Below are positions 35,925 to 44,657 of a stretch of DNA of 64,000 nt, in pieces; positions within the stretch are counted from its first letter, which is position 1, and each line of letters begins with the position of its first letter. The stretch lies in the IMG/VR virus record IMGVR_UViG_2895442618_000001, positions 1 through 64,000 of that record; one strand, written 5' to 3'. Source of the DNA: a virus (taxonomy: Duplodnaviria; Caudoviricetes). Under the pieces are notes generated by a model that was given only the letters and a program-made list of their open reading frames with translations, ran no database searches and was not told where the DNA came from. The translations under genes were made by a program, and so were the position numbers.

Positions 35925-37457
35925 CTACGCGTCCGGTTCAGACTCGACCGCGAACGGGTCGTCTCCAGGGGCGGCCCGTAGCGCCCGAGGCGGCTGGGCG
36001 CCGCCGTTCAGCATCTGATTGACCGGGTCCATTTCCGCCTGTTCCTCGACCATTGCCATGACGCGGTCGACCTCGGGCGGCTCCAGCCCGTACTGTTCGG
36101 CAATCCAGCGCAGCGGGAAGCCCATGGACTTCATCTTCATGAGCGCGTCGACCTTCTGGCCGATCGCCCTGAACTGCGGGTCTGCCCACATGACGACGCT
36201 GCGACGGCAAGCCTTCGCCTTCTCTTCGTCGTTCATGGCGCTGGCCATCAGGGAGTGGATCTCCCGGATCGGCGAGTTGCAGTAGGTGATCCGTTCGCCT
36301 GTCTTGGCCACCAGGCCGGTTTCCGCGGCAGTCAGTGCTTCAGCGCTGAGGTTGGCGACCTTGCCGATCAGATAGTGAGGTGGGGTGCGGGTTTGTGCGC
36401 TGATGTGCTCGATCGCCCGCTCGATCACGTTGCTGTATGCGGACAGGTCCGCGGCTGGCCACGAGCCGATGCTGGCGTCGCCCGTCAGCCACAGGATCCG
36501 CTCGTTGATCAGCGTGTCCAGTTCCAGCGGGCGTTCGCCGACCTTCTGCCCGTTCTCGTCGAGGATCGGCATCTTGGGCACGTCCGCGCCCATGACGACC
36601 CGCTGCGGCAAGCTGGCGAAGTCGAGGGCGTTCATCAGGTACGCCCACGTCAGGTTGATGGCGTCCTGCATCGCCATCACGCCGGCGATATCCGAGAGCG
36701 GGTCATCGTCGAGCAGCGTCTGGTTCCGCAGCTCCACCATCGGGACGCGCTTCATCGGGTTCGGGATCGGCCATGTGTCGTCGTTCGGGCCTTGTCGCGG
36801 CTGCCACCCCTCCGGGCCCGCCGACCTGACGACGTCGCTCCCCGCGGGGACGATCAGCCCCGAAACGCTGTACCCGTTACGGGCGTAGCGCGGGCGGGCG
36901 AACTTCCACACGAACAACTTCTCGTACAAGGTGGCGTACTCGCGGGTGTCGTCAGACCACAGCTTCAGCGCCGCGATCCGCTCCCCGGTGTCGGAGTCGT
37001 ACGCCACGATCGCCTGATCGGGACGCTCCCACGTCACCCGCGGCTCGTCGTCCTCGGTGCCCCACACCAGGCAGTAGGCGCGGGCCGCCGCCAGCATGAC
37101 GACGAACGCCTCCGAGGAGCCGCGCTCGCAGTCGGCGAACCGCCACGCCTCCGCCAGGTCCGCATCCGTCTCCTGCTCACCCGGCAGCCGGATGCCGAGC
37201 ACGTTCATCCGCTCGGCGGGCGCCGCCGCAACCGGGGCGGTCCAGTTGTCGGAGAACCCCTTGAACCGGTCAGCGAAGTAGTCCCGGAACTCCGGGGAGG
37301 CGTAGCACAGCTTGTGCTTGCCCTTGTAGTAGTCCAGCCGCCTGGTTGTCTCCGTCTCCCGCCGGCGGAGCTCGTCAGCGAGACGGTTCAGGACGTTCAC
37401 CGCCCGGCGTGCCTCGTCCGTGTTCGGCCCGTCCACGACAGGCAGGGGCATGGCCAC
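35925..37457 (-). CDS. portal protein (SPP1 gp6-like)
   Basis: RRLDYYKGKH...NW...PQRVVMG...TPPHYL. Confidence 0.9.
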   Translation of the reverse strand: MAMPLPVVDGPNTDEARRAVNVLNRLADELRRRETETTRRLDYYKGKHKLCYASPEFRDYFADRFKGFSDNWTAPVAAAPAERMNVLGIRLPGEQETDADLAEAWRFADCERGSSEAFVVMLAAARAYCLVWGTEDDEPRVTWERPDQAIVAYDSDTGERIAALKLWSDDTREYATLYEKLFVWKFARPRYARNGYSVSGLIVPAGSDVVRSAGPEGWQPRQGPNDDTWPIPNPMKRVPMVELRNQTLLDDDPLSDIAGVMAMQDAINLTWAYLMNALDFASLPQRVVMGADVPKMPILDENGQKVGERPLELDTLINERILWLTGDASIGSWPAADLSAYSNVIERAIEHISAQTRTPPHYLIGKVANLSAEALTAAETGLVAKTGERITYCNSPIREIHSLMASAMNDEEKAKACRRSVVMWADPQFRAIGQKVDALMKMKSMGFPLRWIAEQYGLEPPEVDRVMAMVEEQAEMDPVNQMLNGGAQPPRALRAAPGDDPFAVESEPDA

Positions 37458-37463
37458 CGGGCG

Positions 37464-39122
37464 TCACCTCCGTCGTGTTGATGACGCCGTGTAGATCAGG
37501 TTCTCGGTGGGCTTCTCGACCGTGAACAGCCCGGCGGCGGTCGCGTCGCCGTACGCCTCGTGCGCGAGCACGGAGCAGACGGTCAGGTCGATCTTCTGGG
37601 TTTGGCTGGCCTTCGCCAGCACGTACCGCTGGCCCGGCCGCGGCGCCTTGCGGGTGTTCCGGACGTGGATGGCGGTGATCGGGCAGCCGTCGTGCCGGAA
37701 GCTCGAATCAGCTTTCCCGACGTCCACGTGCAGCCGCTCGCACGCGGCGTGCATCTGCACCGGCCGGTAGGTCGCCCACCGGATCACGATCTTGTCGCCG
37801 TACTTCTCCGCCCACGCGTCGATCTCGGACGTCCACCCGGGCGGGTCGATGTAGGCCCGCACCACGTTGAACCGGGTCATGAGCTCGTCGAACGCCGCCG
37901 CCACTTCAAGCCGCGGCACCTGCCCGCCGTACGCCGCCGGGTCCCACACGGTGGGCCGCCGGTCGGGGCCGAATGTGGGCGTGAACTGGAAGCCGTCGCT
38001 GGTCTCGGCTCGGATCCCGGTCCAGTCGTCGACGTCGCTGCCGTCCATCCCGAGCACGATCGCGGTACCGTCCGGCACCTCGCACGGTTCGGCCCGACCA
38101 TCCCAGACGTCGCCGTCGATGAAGTGGCCGGCGCCGTAAACGATCCGGTTGCCGAAGAACCGCTCCGCCTGGGCGGGATCCCGCTCGATCAGGTCCGCGG
38201 CCTCAGCTTCGATCGAGTCGAGGTCGACGTGGCCGCCGTTCTCCTTCAACGCCTCGCCGTACACGATGCGGTGGATCCTGCGCCGCTCCGCCTTGTTCCG
38301 ATACGACAGGTGCCCTGGCGGCTGCACAAACTGGCGGTAGATGTCCTGCGCCGACGACTCGAACTGCTGCTGAGCGACCGAATTCTCCGACGGGTCCCAC
38401 GCGTTCGTCGTCAGCGACGCCCGCCCGCCCATACCCGCCAGGCCGCGGTACTGGGTGTCGGCAACCCTCGTCATCTTGTTGGTCGTCGTCCACAACCCAA
38501 CCTCGTCCTGCGGGACGAACGTGACCCGCTGACCAAGCCGCGACTGCGCGGAGGACGTCACCGTGTCCACTCGGCCGCCGCCCGGCAGGCGGATGAACTC
38601 CTCGCCCGTCTTCGGGATCAAGTCCGCGAGCGGCCCCAGTTCGATCATCGGCCGGAGCGCACCATAGATGTTGTCCGTCTGCTCCTCGGACACGGCGGTG
38701 ATCTGGATGAGCGGCGTCGGCCACGGCATGCCCATCGGCTCGCCGCGCTCGTACGGGTACTCCCACCCGCAGCCACACCCGAAGTCGGCGCACGCGTACC
38801 CATCATCACGGCCCGCCCAGCCAGCGAACAGCGCAGGCCCGACACCCTCCACACACACATGCGCGGCGGTATGCGGTCCCTTGCCAAGCTTCTGCGGACC
38901 AGCGAGCAAGCCACGCCGGTACACGAACGCCGGGCCGAGAACCGGATCCTCCGGCTGCCACACCGCATCCCCGCGCACCAGATAGAACGCGGCGAAGTAG
39001 CGGAGCTGGTAGTCGTACAGGTTGAACGGGTCGCCGCGACGGAAACCGTCCGGGATCACACAGTGCGCCTCGATCCACGCCGGCGCGACGAGCAGAGGCC
39101 GCGGGCTACGCTCCCCCGCCAT
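37464..39122 (-). CDS. terL: terminase large subunit
   Basis: GPQKLGKGP Walker A, QDEVG Walker B, LGMDGS nuclease, KIDL. Confidence 0.9.
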   Translation of the reverse strand: MAGERSPRPLLVAPAWIEAHCVIPDGFRRGDPFNLYDYQLRYFAAFYLVRGDAVWQPEDPVLGPAFVYRRGLLAGPQKLGKGPHTAAHVCVEGVGPALFAGWAGRDDGYACADFGCGCGWEYPYERGEPMGMPWPTPLIQITAVSEEQTDNIYGALRPMIELGPLADLIPKTGEEFIRLPGGGRVDTVTSSAQSRLGQRVTFVPQDEVGLWTTTNKMTRVADTQYRGLAGMGGRASLTTNAWDPSENSVAQQQFESSAQDIYRQFVQPPGHLSYRNKAERRRIHRIVYGEALKENGGHVDLDSIEAEAADLIERDPAQAERFFGNRIVYGAGHFIDGDVWDGRAEPCEVPDGTAIVLGMDGSDVDDWTGIRAETSDGFQFTPTFGPDRRPTVWDPAAYGGQVPRLEVAAAFDELMTRFNVVRAYIDPPGWTSEIDAWAEKYGDKIVIRWATYRPVQMHAACERLHVDVGKADSSFRHDGCPITAIHVRNTRKAPRPGQRYVLAKASQTQKIDLTVCSVLAHEAYGDATAAGLFTVEKPTENLIYTASSTRRR

Positions 39123-39576
39123 CGATGGCCTTCAGCCGATCCCTCACGGAACGCCCCGGCGCCGCCTTCACAGTCTTCGTAGCGCGCTTCTCCGCGACCT
39201 CATTCGCCGAGAGACGCCACCGGTTGCGCAGCATCCCCTGCGTGGAGAGCCCCAGCGAGTCGAAGTACTGTCGGACCACCTTCTGCAATTCGATCGACGA
39301 CTTCGGCTGCTCCGCGCGGGCGAGCATGCGCACGCACATCGCGACCTCGTACAGCTGGCCCATCTTCTCCCACATGAGCGCCTGCGGGCGGGACCAGAAG
39401 TCCGCCCACAACTCCCACTCGCGGCCGTCCGGCTCCAGTAGCGGCCATTCGGGAGGTTCGCCCTCGCGGCCTTCGGAAGGAAGGGTGGTCCACGTGGCTG
39501 CGTCCGCGGGCCTGCTTCGACGTAGCGCGTTCGGATCCGGTGCGGGCCCGGACGCTGCATGTCCGCCTCTTGGCAT
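39106..39576 (-). CDS. terS: terminase small subunit
   Basis: MPRGGHAASGPAPDPNALRR...LGLSTQGMLRNRW; overlaps terL. Confidence 0.85.
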   Translation of the reverse strand: MPRGGHAASGPAPDPNALRRSRPADAATWTTLPSEGREGEPPEWPLLEPDGREWELWADFWSRPQALMWEKMGQLYEVAMCVRMLARAEQPKSSIELQKVVRQYFDSLGLSTQGMLRNRWRLSANEVAEKRATKTVKAAPGRSVRDRLKAIDGGGA

Positions 39577-39679
39577 GGTTCATTCACTCCTCAGCCGCGT
39601 TGCGCGACATCGGGCGACGGTCACATTGCGTCACCATCTTGAGGTTGATCAAGGACTCTCTGACCTGGCAGACCTTCGA

Positions 39680-39840
39680 CGGCTCTCCCCCGCGGTCCTC
39701 TAATATGTGTCCGATTTGGGGGTTATGCCCCATATGTCCGATTTGTGGTGATTCCCGAAATGTCCGATTTGAGGGTGCGCCCGGAACTCTGTGTAATCAT
39801 GATCATGAGCGCTGTTTATGCCCTAATGTCCGATTTCGTG
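39680..39840. repeat. putative packaging (cos/pac) region with four TGTCCGATTT repeats
   Basis: Repeats at 39708, 39735, 39761, 39827 in an AT-richer non-coding gap upstream of terS. Confidence 0.55.
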
Positions 39841-39942
39841 AATGTCGACATGACCCAGAGGAATAGGTATTGCATGATCACCAGTAGTGGCGTGTATGTG
39901 ATCACTACTCGTGCAGCGGGGGCGGGCATGCAGGGATATCGA

Positions 39943-41668
39943 TCACGCGTCGTCCTCATCAGCGTGGGCGTAGCCATGCCGCACGATGTCGGAGCCTGCC
40001 GTGATCAAGCCGATCGCTTCTATCCACGAGATGCCCTCGCTGTGGGCGTAGATCAGAGTGACCGAGCCGTCGTCCTTCACGACCTTGACAAGGGCTACCG
40101 CTGAGGTGGCCAGGTCTCCAGGGTCGAGGTCGAGGGTGAGGCCGAGGCTGTCGAGGATCTGGCCGGCGGGCTGCTCCACTCGCTCCTCCTGGTTCAGCAT
40201 GCGCGTCAGGTAGGGCAGGTCTGCTTGTGCTGCCAGGTAGGTGCACCACAGATCAACGGTGGCGGCGAGGATCTGTGTGCGCTGTGGATCCCGTGCTCGG
40301 AGGGCTGCGGTGTACCAGTCCATGCGCTACCCCTCGTGCTGCGTGGACAGGTGGTCCACAGCTACAGCCCACAGGCCTGGAATGGTGGCGACGTTGGCCA
40401 CCTCCGGATCCGAACAGATGCTGCCGGCCCGGTCGTAGTAGGCGAGCGGCCGTCCGCCGTCGTGGTGGTCGCGGCAGTGGAGTCCTACTCCGCCGTTCTC
40501 GTCACCGCTGAGGTAGAAGCAGGGATGCGTGAGGGCTTCGAGGAGAGCGTCGACGGGGAGCTTCACGGCTGGCGCTCCTCACCTCGGTAGGCGAGTAGCA
40601 CGCATTGCGCGCCGGAAGGCCCATCCTCGGACGGGGCGTCTGGCACAACCCTGGTCGACAGGTCTGCATCGAACTCGACGACCGCGCCATCATCGAAGGT
40701 CCAGTGGACTCGGACGGCAGTCATCTCTTCCTCCCACGCGCGCGGGAGCGGCGGTGGTACTCCGTCTTCACCCTGCGGGAGTGAGGGTGCGGGAGGTCGA
40801 ACAGCAGGCGGTACGAAGGCCACGGGACGCGCCCACGCAGGCTGACCCGGTTCGTTCCTGCCGAGCGCAGCATGCGAACGGGGATGGCCACGTACCGCTC
40901 GGACGTGGGTACCAGCAGAGACCTGGACTCGGGCAGAGGCTTGGTCGTGAACTCCAGATCGGCTACCTGTTCGCCGAGATCGGCAGGTGCAGGTAGGGCG
41001 GGAACCCAGGAGACCTGAACGGTGGTCATCGGTCACCTGCCGGAGAAGGCCAGCCGGGGCAGGAGAAGCGGCCAGACACGGGGACGTCGCCGTCCCACTC
41101 GTGGGCCGTGTGCTCCTTGCTCATCGACCAGTCTGGGCAGGCGGCCTCCGATACGGGCGGAGTCCAGCCGAGAGCGATCAGCGCAGCGCGTGTTTCGTCG
41201 GGCATGACCACCTCGAAGTGGGCGTCCTTCACGCCGAGCTCGGTCACCTCGATGGCGTGGATGGCGAGTTCCGCTTCCACGCGGGGCAGGCTGTCGCGCG
41301 GGTCCACGTCGATGGTCATGCGGCGGATGGCCTGGCTCAGGTCATGCCCGTCAAGGGTGACCGTGTAGACGAATGGGCCGCCGGACAGGGTGAGCTTGTG
41401 CTGAGGCGGCAGGTGCAGAGGCATGTGTTTCTCCCGGGGTGTGGCGAGGCCCCCGAGCCCGGAAGTTCTCGGGGGCCTCTACCTCCCGCCGCGAACCGGG
41501 AGGATCTTGATGGGTTCAGGTGGTGAGCAGTTCTCCGCCCGCCAACACGAGGAAGGCGACGCCGAGACAGAACAGCGCCGACACCCACGACTTGTGGATG
41601 AAGCCGACGACGGAGGCGGTGAGGAAGCAGACGAGGGCGAGCAGGGTGAAGAGATCGGAGGCGTTCAT
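39943..41668 (-). CDS. cluster of six small phage ORFs (39943-40323, 40327-40566, 40563-40724, 40721-41029, 41026-41424, 41516-41668 membrane protein)
   Basis: Co-oriented, mostly overlapping start/stop codons; no recognisable domains. Confidence 0.55.
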
Positions 41669-41748
41669 GTGCTTCTCCATTCCTGCGATTACTACAGACG
41701 GTCACCGATCATGGTTCTCCCGCCGGTGACGAGTTGTACCGAGCGTGA

Positions 41749-42114
41749 CTATCGGGCGTTCCATCCGCCGGGTTGATCACGTGCCGTCCGCCTCGAATGG
41801 TGAGACTTTGTGAGCGCCCTCAGGTTGCTCGGGTCGTGACCGCGCGGACCGTTCGGTCCGAGCCCGTCGATGTGGTCCACGTCCGTCGCGGCGGGGCGCT
41901 GCTCGTACGGCAGAGCCTCGCAGTCCTCGCACTCACAGCGGGGATGGTTCTTCAGGTAGGCCGCTCTCGTACGCTGCCAGGCCGCGTCATAGCCGCGCTG
42001 TGAGGCGCTGCCTCGCTGCCGTTCCGCCTCTCGCCTGCAGACAGCGCAGCGACCGCCCGAAGTGAGTTCGGCGCACGAAGGCGTAGAACAAACTGTTAAT
42101 GATCTACGAGGCAC
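41749..42114 (-). CDS. packaging-associated HNH endonuclease
   Basis: RGSASQRGYDAAW...ATDVDHIDG...NLRALTKSHHSRRT. Confidence 0.85.
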   Translation of the reverse strand: MPRRSLTVCSTPSCAELTSGGRCAVCRREAERQRGSASQRGYDAAWQRTRAAYLKNHPRCECEDCEALPYEQRPAATDVDHIDGLGPNGPRGHDPSNLRALTKSHHSRRTARDQPGGWNAR

Positions 42115-42116
42115 GG

Positions 42117-42989
42117 TCACCCCAGCAATAGGAGTTGGTCTCCACCGGGACCGGCATTGGCCCACTTGCGGGAGTTGCACCTCTTGTGCGCGAGGCGGAC
42201 GTTGGCGGTTTCATGAGTCCCGCCTCTCGACAGCGGGATGATGTGATCCAGGCTCCACTCGCCCGCTCTGACGCGCTTCCTGCAGATCTGGCAGACGCCC
42301 TGGTCTCGCTGGAAGATGTACTGCGGATCAACCACTTCGACGAATGCTGCACGCAGGCGGCGACGGCGGTTGAACTTCACCTTCCGCATGATGGCTGCAC
42401 GACGGGCGCGATACTCGGGATCCACCTTCGCCCGCTCCTTGTTGCGCTCATATTGACGCTTCCTAGCAACCTTCCCAGTGGGAGTAAGCCGCCATCGTCG
42501 ACGAGTCTGCAAGTGCCGTATGCGGGCTTCGGGGTCCCGCTTGAAGAGCGGAACGTATTCGGGGTGGCGAGCCTTCCAGATGCCTATGGCCTTCCGCTGG
42601 CAGTCCTTGCAGTCCCACTGTCCCCCCTTGTGGAAGGACTTGATACTGAGGACTGCACGACACGTCCGGCATAGGCGGAGACCTAACTGGCGGAGTTTTA
42701 CGTGGAAGATGCGCGCGAACGGGCGCTCTGCGCCATTCGCCTTGAAGTACTGGTAGCAGGCAGGGCACCGGCCGAGTTGAATCCTGGTGGACATCTCCAA
42801 GCAGCGCGAGCACTCGCGGGGCTTGATAGTGCTAGGTCGCGGAAGCCTCTTCCCATCGATGACTTCCTTGGGCCGCTCTACGCCACGGCGGCTGAAGTAC
42901 TTCGCGCACCGTGGACAGCGGCCCTTGCGCGTCGGGAAGTGCTCCGCCTGGCAGGCAGGGTTAACGCACACGTGTGTACTCTGTGACAC
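42117..42989 (-). CDS. multi-zinc-finger HNH endonuclease (homing-type)
   Basis: Several CxxC pairs; CQIC...SLDHIIPLSRGGTHETANVRLAHKRCNSRK. Confidence 0.85.
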   Translation of the reverse strand: MSQSTHVCVNPACQAEHFPTRKGRCPRCAKYFSRRGVERPKEVIDGKRLPRPSTIKPRECSRCLEMSTRIQLGRCPACYQYFKANGAERPFARIFHVKLRQLGLRLCRTCRAVLSIKSFHKGGQWDCKDCQRKAIGIWKARHPEYVPLFKRDPEARIRHLQTRRRWRLTPTGKVARKRQYERNKERAKVDPEYRARRAAIMRKVKFNRRRRLRAAFVEVVDPQYIFQRDQGVCQICRKRVRAGEWSLDHIIPLSRGGTHETANVRLAHKRCNSRKWANAGPGGDQLLLLG

Positions 42990-43140
42990 GTCGATCTCCT
43001 CAGTAGATCGGCCACGCCCCGGGAGTGTTGGTAGCACTCGCCGGGGTTCACTTTTCGGTTGTGTTGGTCAGGCTACACCGGTTGAAAGCGTAGAGTCCTA
43101 GCCTCGTGACGGATCGCGTTCGGTGCGGTACGACCGGAGC

Positions 43141-43683
43141 ATGCGGTACGGGCAAAGGGGTGGGTACACGCCCGCGGAACAGGAGCGGCGGGAGCGTGTA
43201 CGGCTGCAGGCGGCCGAGTGGTTCGAGGCCGGGGAGCCGACCAGGACGGTCGCGGCGCGGTTACGGGTGCACGAGCGGTCGGTGACCCGCTGGCGGAAGG
43301 CATGGCGAGAGGGCGGCAGGCCGGCGCTGCTGTCCAAGGGGCCGGTGTCGAGGGAGAAGCTGTCGGCCGCTCAGTGGGCGCGGCTGGATGCCGAGTTACG
43401 ACGGGGCCCGCTGGCCTGGGGATATGCCGAGGATCAGTGCTGGACGCTGGGCCGGATCAAGACACTGATCGGGCGGCTGTTCCACATCGGCTACACCATC
43501 GAGGGCGTGGGCAAGCTGATGCACCGCCACGGCTGGTCGGTGCAGGTCCCGGCCCGGCGCGCGATCGAGCGGGACCAGGAGGCCATCGCGTTGTGGAAGG
43601 CCGAGGTGTGGCCCGCGGTAAAAGAACCGCGGCGGACCTGGGCGCCTACCTCTGCTTCGAAGACGAAGCCGGGCAGGGGCTGA
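43141..43683 (+). CDS. IS630 transposase orfA (wHTH)
   Basis: RERVRLQAAEWF...WTLGRIKTLI...LMHRHGWSVQVP. Confidence 0.9.
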   Translation: MRYGQRGGYTPAEQERRERVRLQAAEWFEAGEPTRTVAARLRVHERSVTRWRKAWREGGRPALLSKGPVSREKLSAAQWARLDAELRRGPLAWGYAEDQCWTLGRIKTLIGRLFHIGYTIEGVGKLMHRHGWSVQVPARRAIERDQEAIALWKAEVWPAVKEPRRTWAPTSASKTKPGRG

Positions 43684-44219
43684 GGCCGCCGAAAGGACGC
43701 ACCTGGGCACCGGTCGGCGCCCGGCCGGTGGTGACGGTCCGCGGCAGAGGCTCGGGCCGGGTCAACATGGCCGGCGTCCTGGCCTTCCGGGACGGTGAAC
43801 GGCCGCACCTGTTCTACCGCCTGCACGTCTACCACGGCCGCAAGGGCGAACCCAAGACCTTCTCCTGGATGGACTATCGGGACCTGATCGTGGCCACCCA
43901 CCACCATCTGGGTGCGCCGCTGGTGTGGTGCTGGGACAACTTGAACGTGCACCTGGCCGGCCAGCTCGCCGACTTCGCCGCCGAGAACGCCGACTGGTTA
44001 CGCATCGTCCAGCTTCCCGCCTACGCTCCCGAGCTCAACCCCGCCGAGGGTGTGTGGTCGCTGCTCCGCCGGGCCCTGGCCAACTTCGCCGTCACCGACC
44101 TGCCCGGGCTCGTCCGGATCATCAAACGCAAGCTGAAGAAGATCCAATACCGGCCTCACCTGCTCACCGGCTGTCTGACCCAGACCGGGCTCACCCTCGA
44201 TACCCCGGCAAAGCCATGA
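43620..44219 (+). CDS. IS630 transposase orfB (DDE), joined by probable -1 frameshift at GTA AAA G
   Basis: FEDEAG, WDNLNVH, ELNPAEGVW catalytic triad; frame is -1 relative to orfA. Confidence 0.85.
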   Translation, partial: KRTAADLGAYLCFEDEAGQGLRPPKGRTWAPVGARPVVTVRGRGSGRVNMAGVLAFRDGERPHLFYRLHVYHGRKGEPKTFSWMDYRDLIVATHHHLGAPLVWCWDNLNVHLAGQLADFAAENADWLRIVQLPAYAPELNPAEGVWSLLRRALANFAVTDLPGLVRIIKRKLKKIQYRPHLLTGCLTQTGLTLDTPAKP

Positions 44220-44294
44220 CCGACTCTACGAATTTAATGTGTGTATCGGACGACTCCGACATATTCGAGCACACGGTCAACGACTTGCGCGGGC

Positions 44295-44651
44295 TCATGA
44301 GTCCGCGACGCTGAGCCACCCTTCGATGGCCGTCTTGGTCGCCGATGGGGAACCGCGACTCACCCTGATCTTGTAGAACCAGACGCCCGGCGACTCGGTC
44401 ACGCCCGAAGGGAAAGTGAGCGTGATCAGCCCGTTCGCTGCGTCGTCGATGGTGACGCCGTCGCCCTCGGTCAGGGTGAACACGCCCGTGCTCGCGTCGT
44501 CCTCCACTGCCTGGCTGGCCTTGATGACGGCGAACACGTCAGCGCCGGTGAGCCCGAGAGCGTCGCCCGCGTCGTCGGTGATACGGAAGGAGGCGGACTC
44601 GTCGTCGTCCTCGGTCAGGGTCAGGTTGACGAAGTCGGGCACAAGAACCAC
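44295..44651 (-). CDS. BppU-N-like baseplate/adaptor protein
   Basis: NLTLTEDDD...DALGLTGA...DAANGLITL...YKIRV. Confidence 0.65.
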   Translation of the reverse strand: MVLVPDFVNLTLTEDDDESASFRITDDAGDALGLTGADVFAVIKASQAVEDDASTGVFTLTEGDGVTIDDAANGLITLTFPSGVTESPGVWFYKIRVSRGSPSATKTAIEGWLSVADS

Positions 44652-44657
44652 CCCCTT

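Larger units (their letters stand above)
43074..44245 (+). mobile_element. IS630-family insertion sequence
   Basis: TA at both ends; imperfect 24-bp terminal inverted repeats (TACACCGGTTGAAAGCGTAGAGTC vs TACACACATTAAATTCGTAGAGTC, 18/24). Confidence 0.9.

Noticed and set aside
39708-39836. TGTCCGATTT repeats as a CRISPR array
   Set aside because: Repeats are only 10-11 bp with irregular spacing and there are no cas genes; position fits a packaging site
44265-44280. LexA/SOS box TCGAGCACACGGTCAA upstream of the PafBC-type promoter
   Set aside because: Three mismatches to the TCGAAC-N4-GTTCGA consensus; too weak to call
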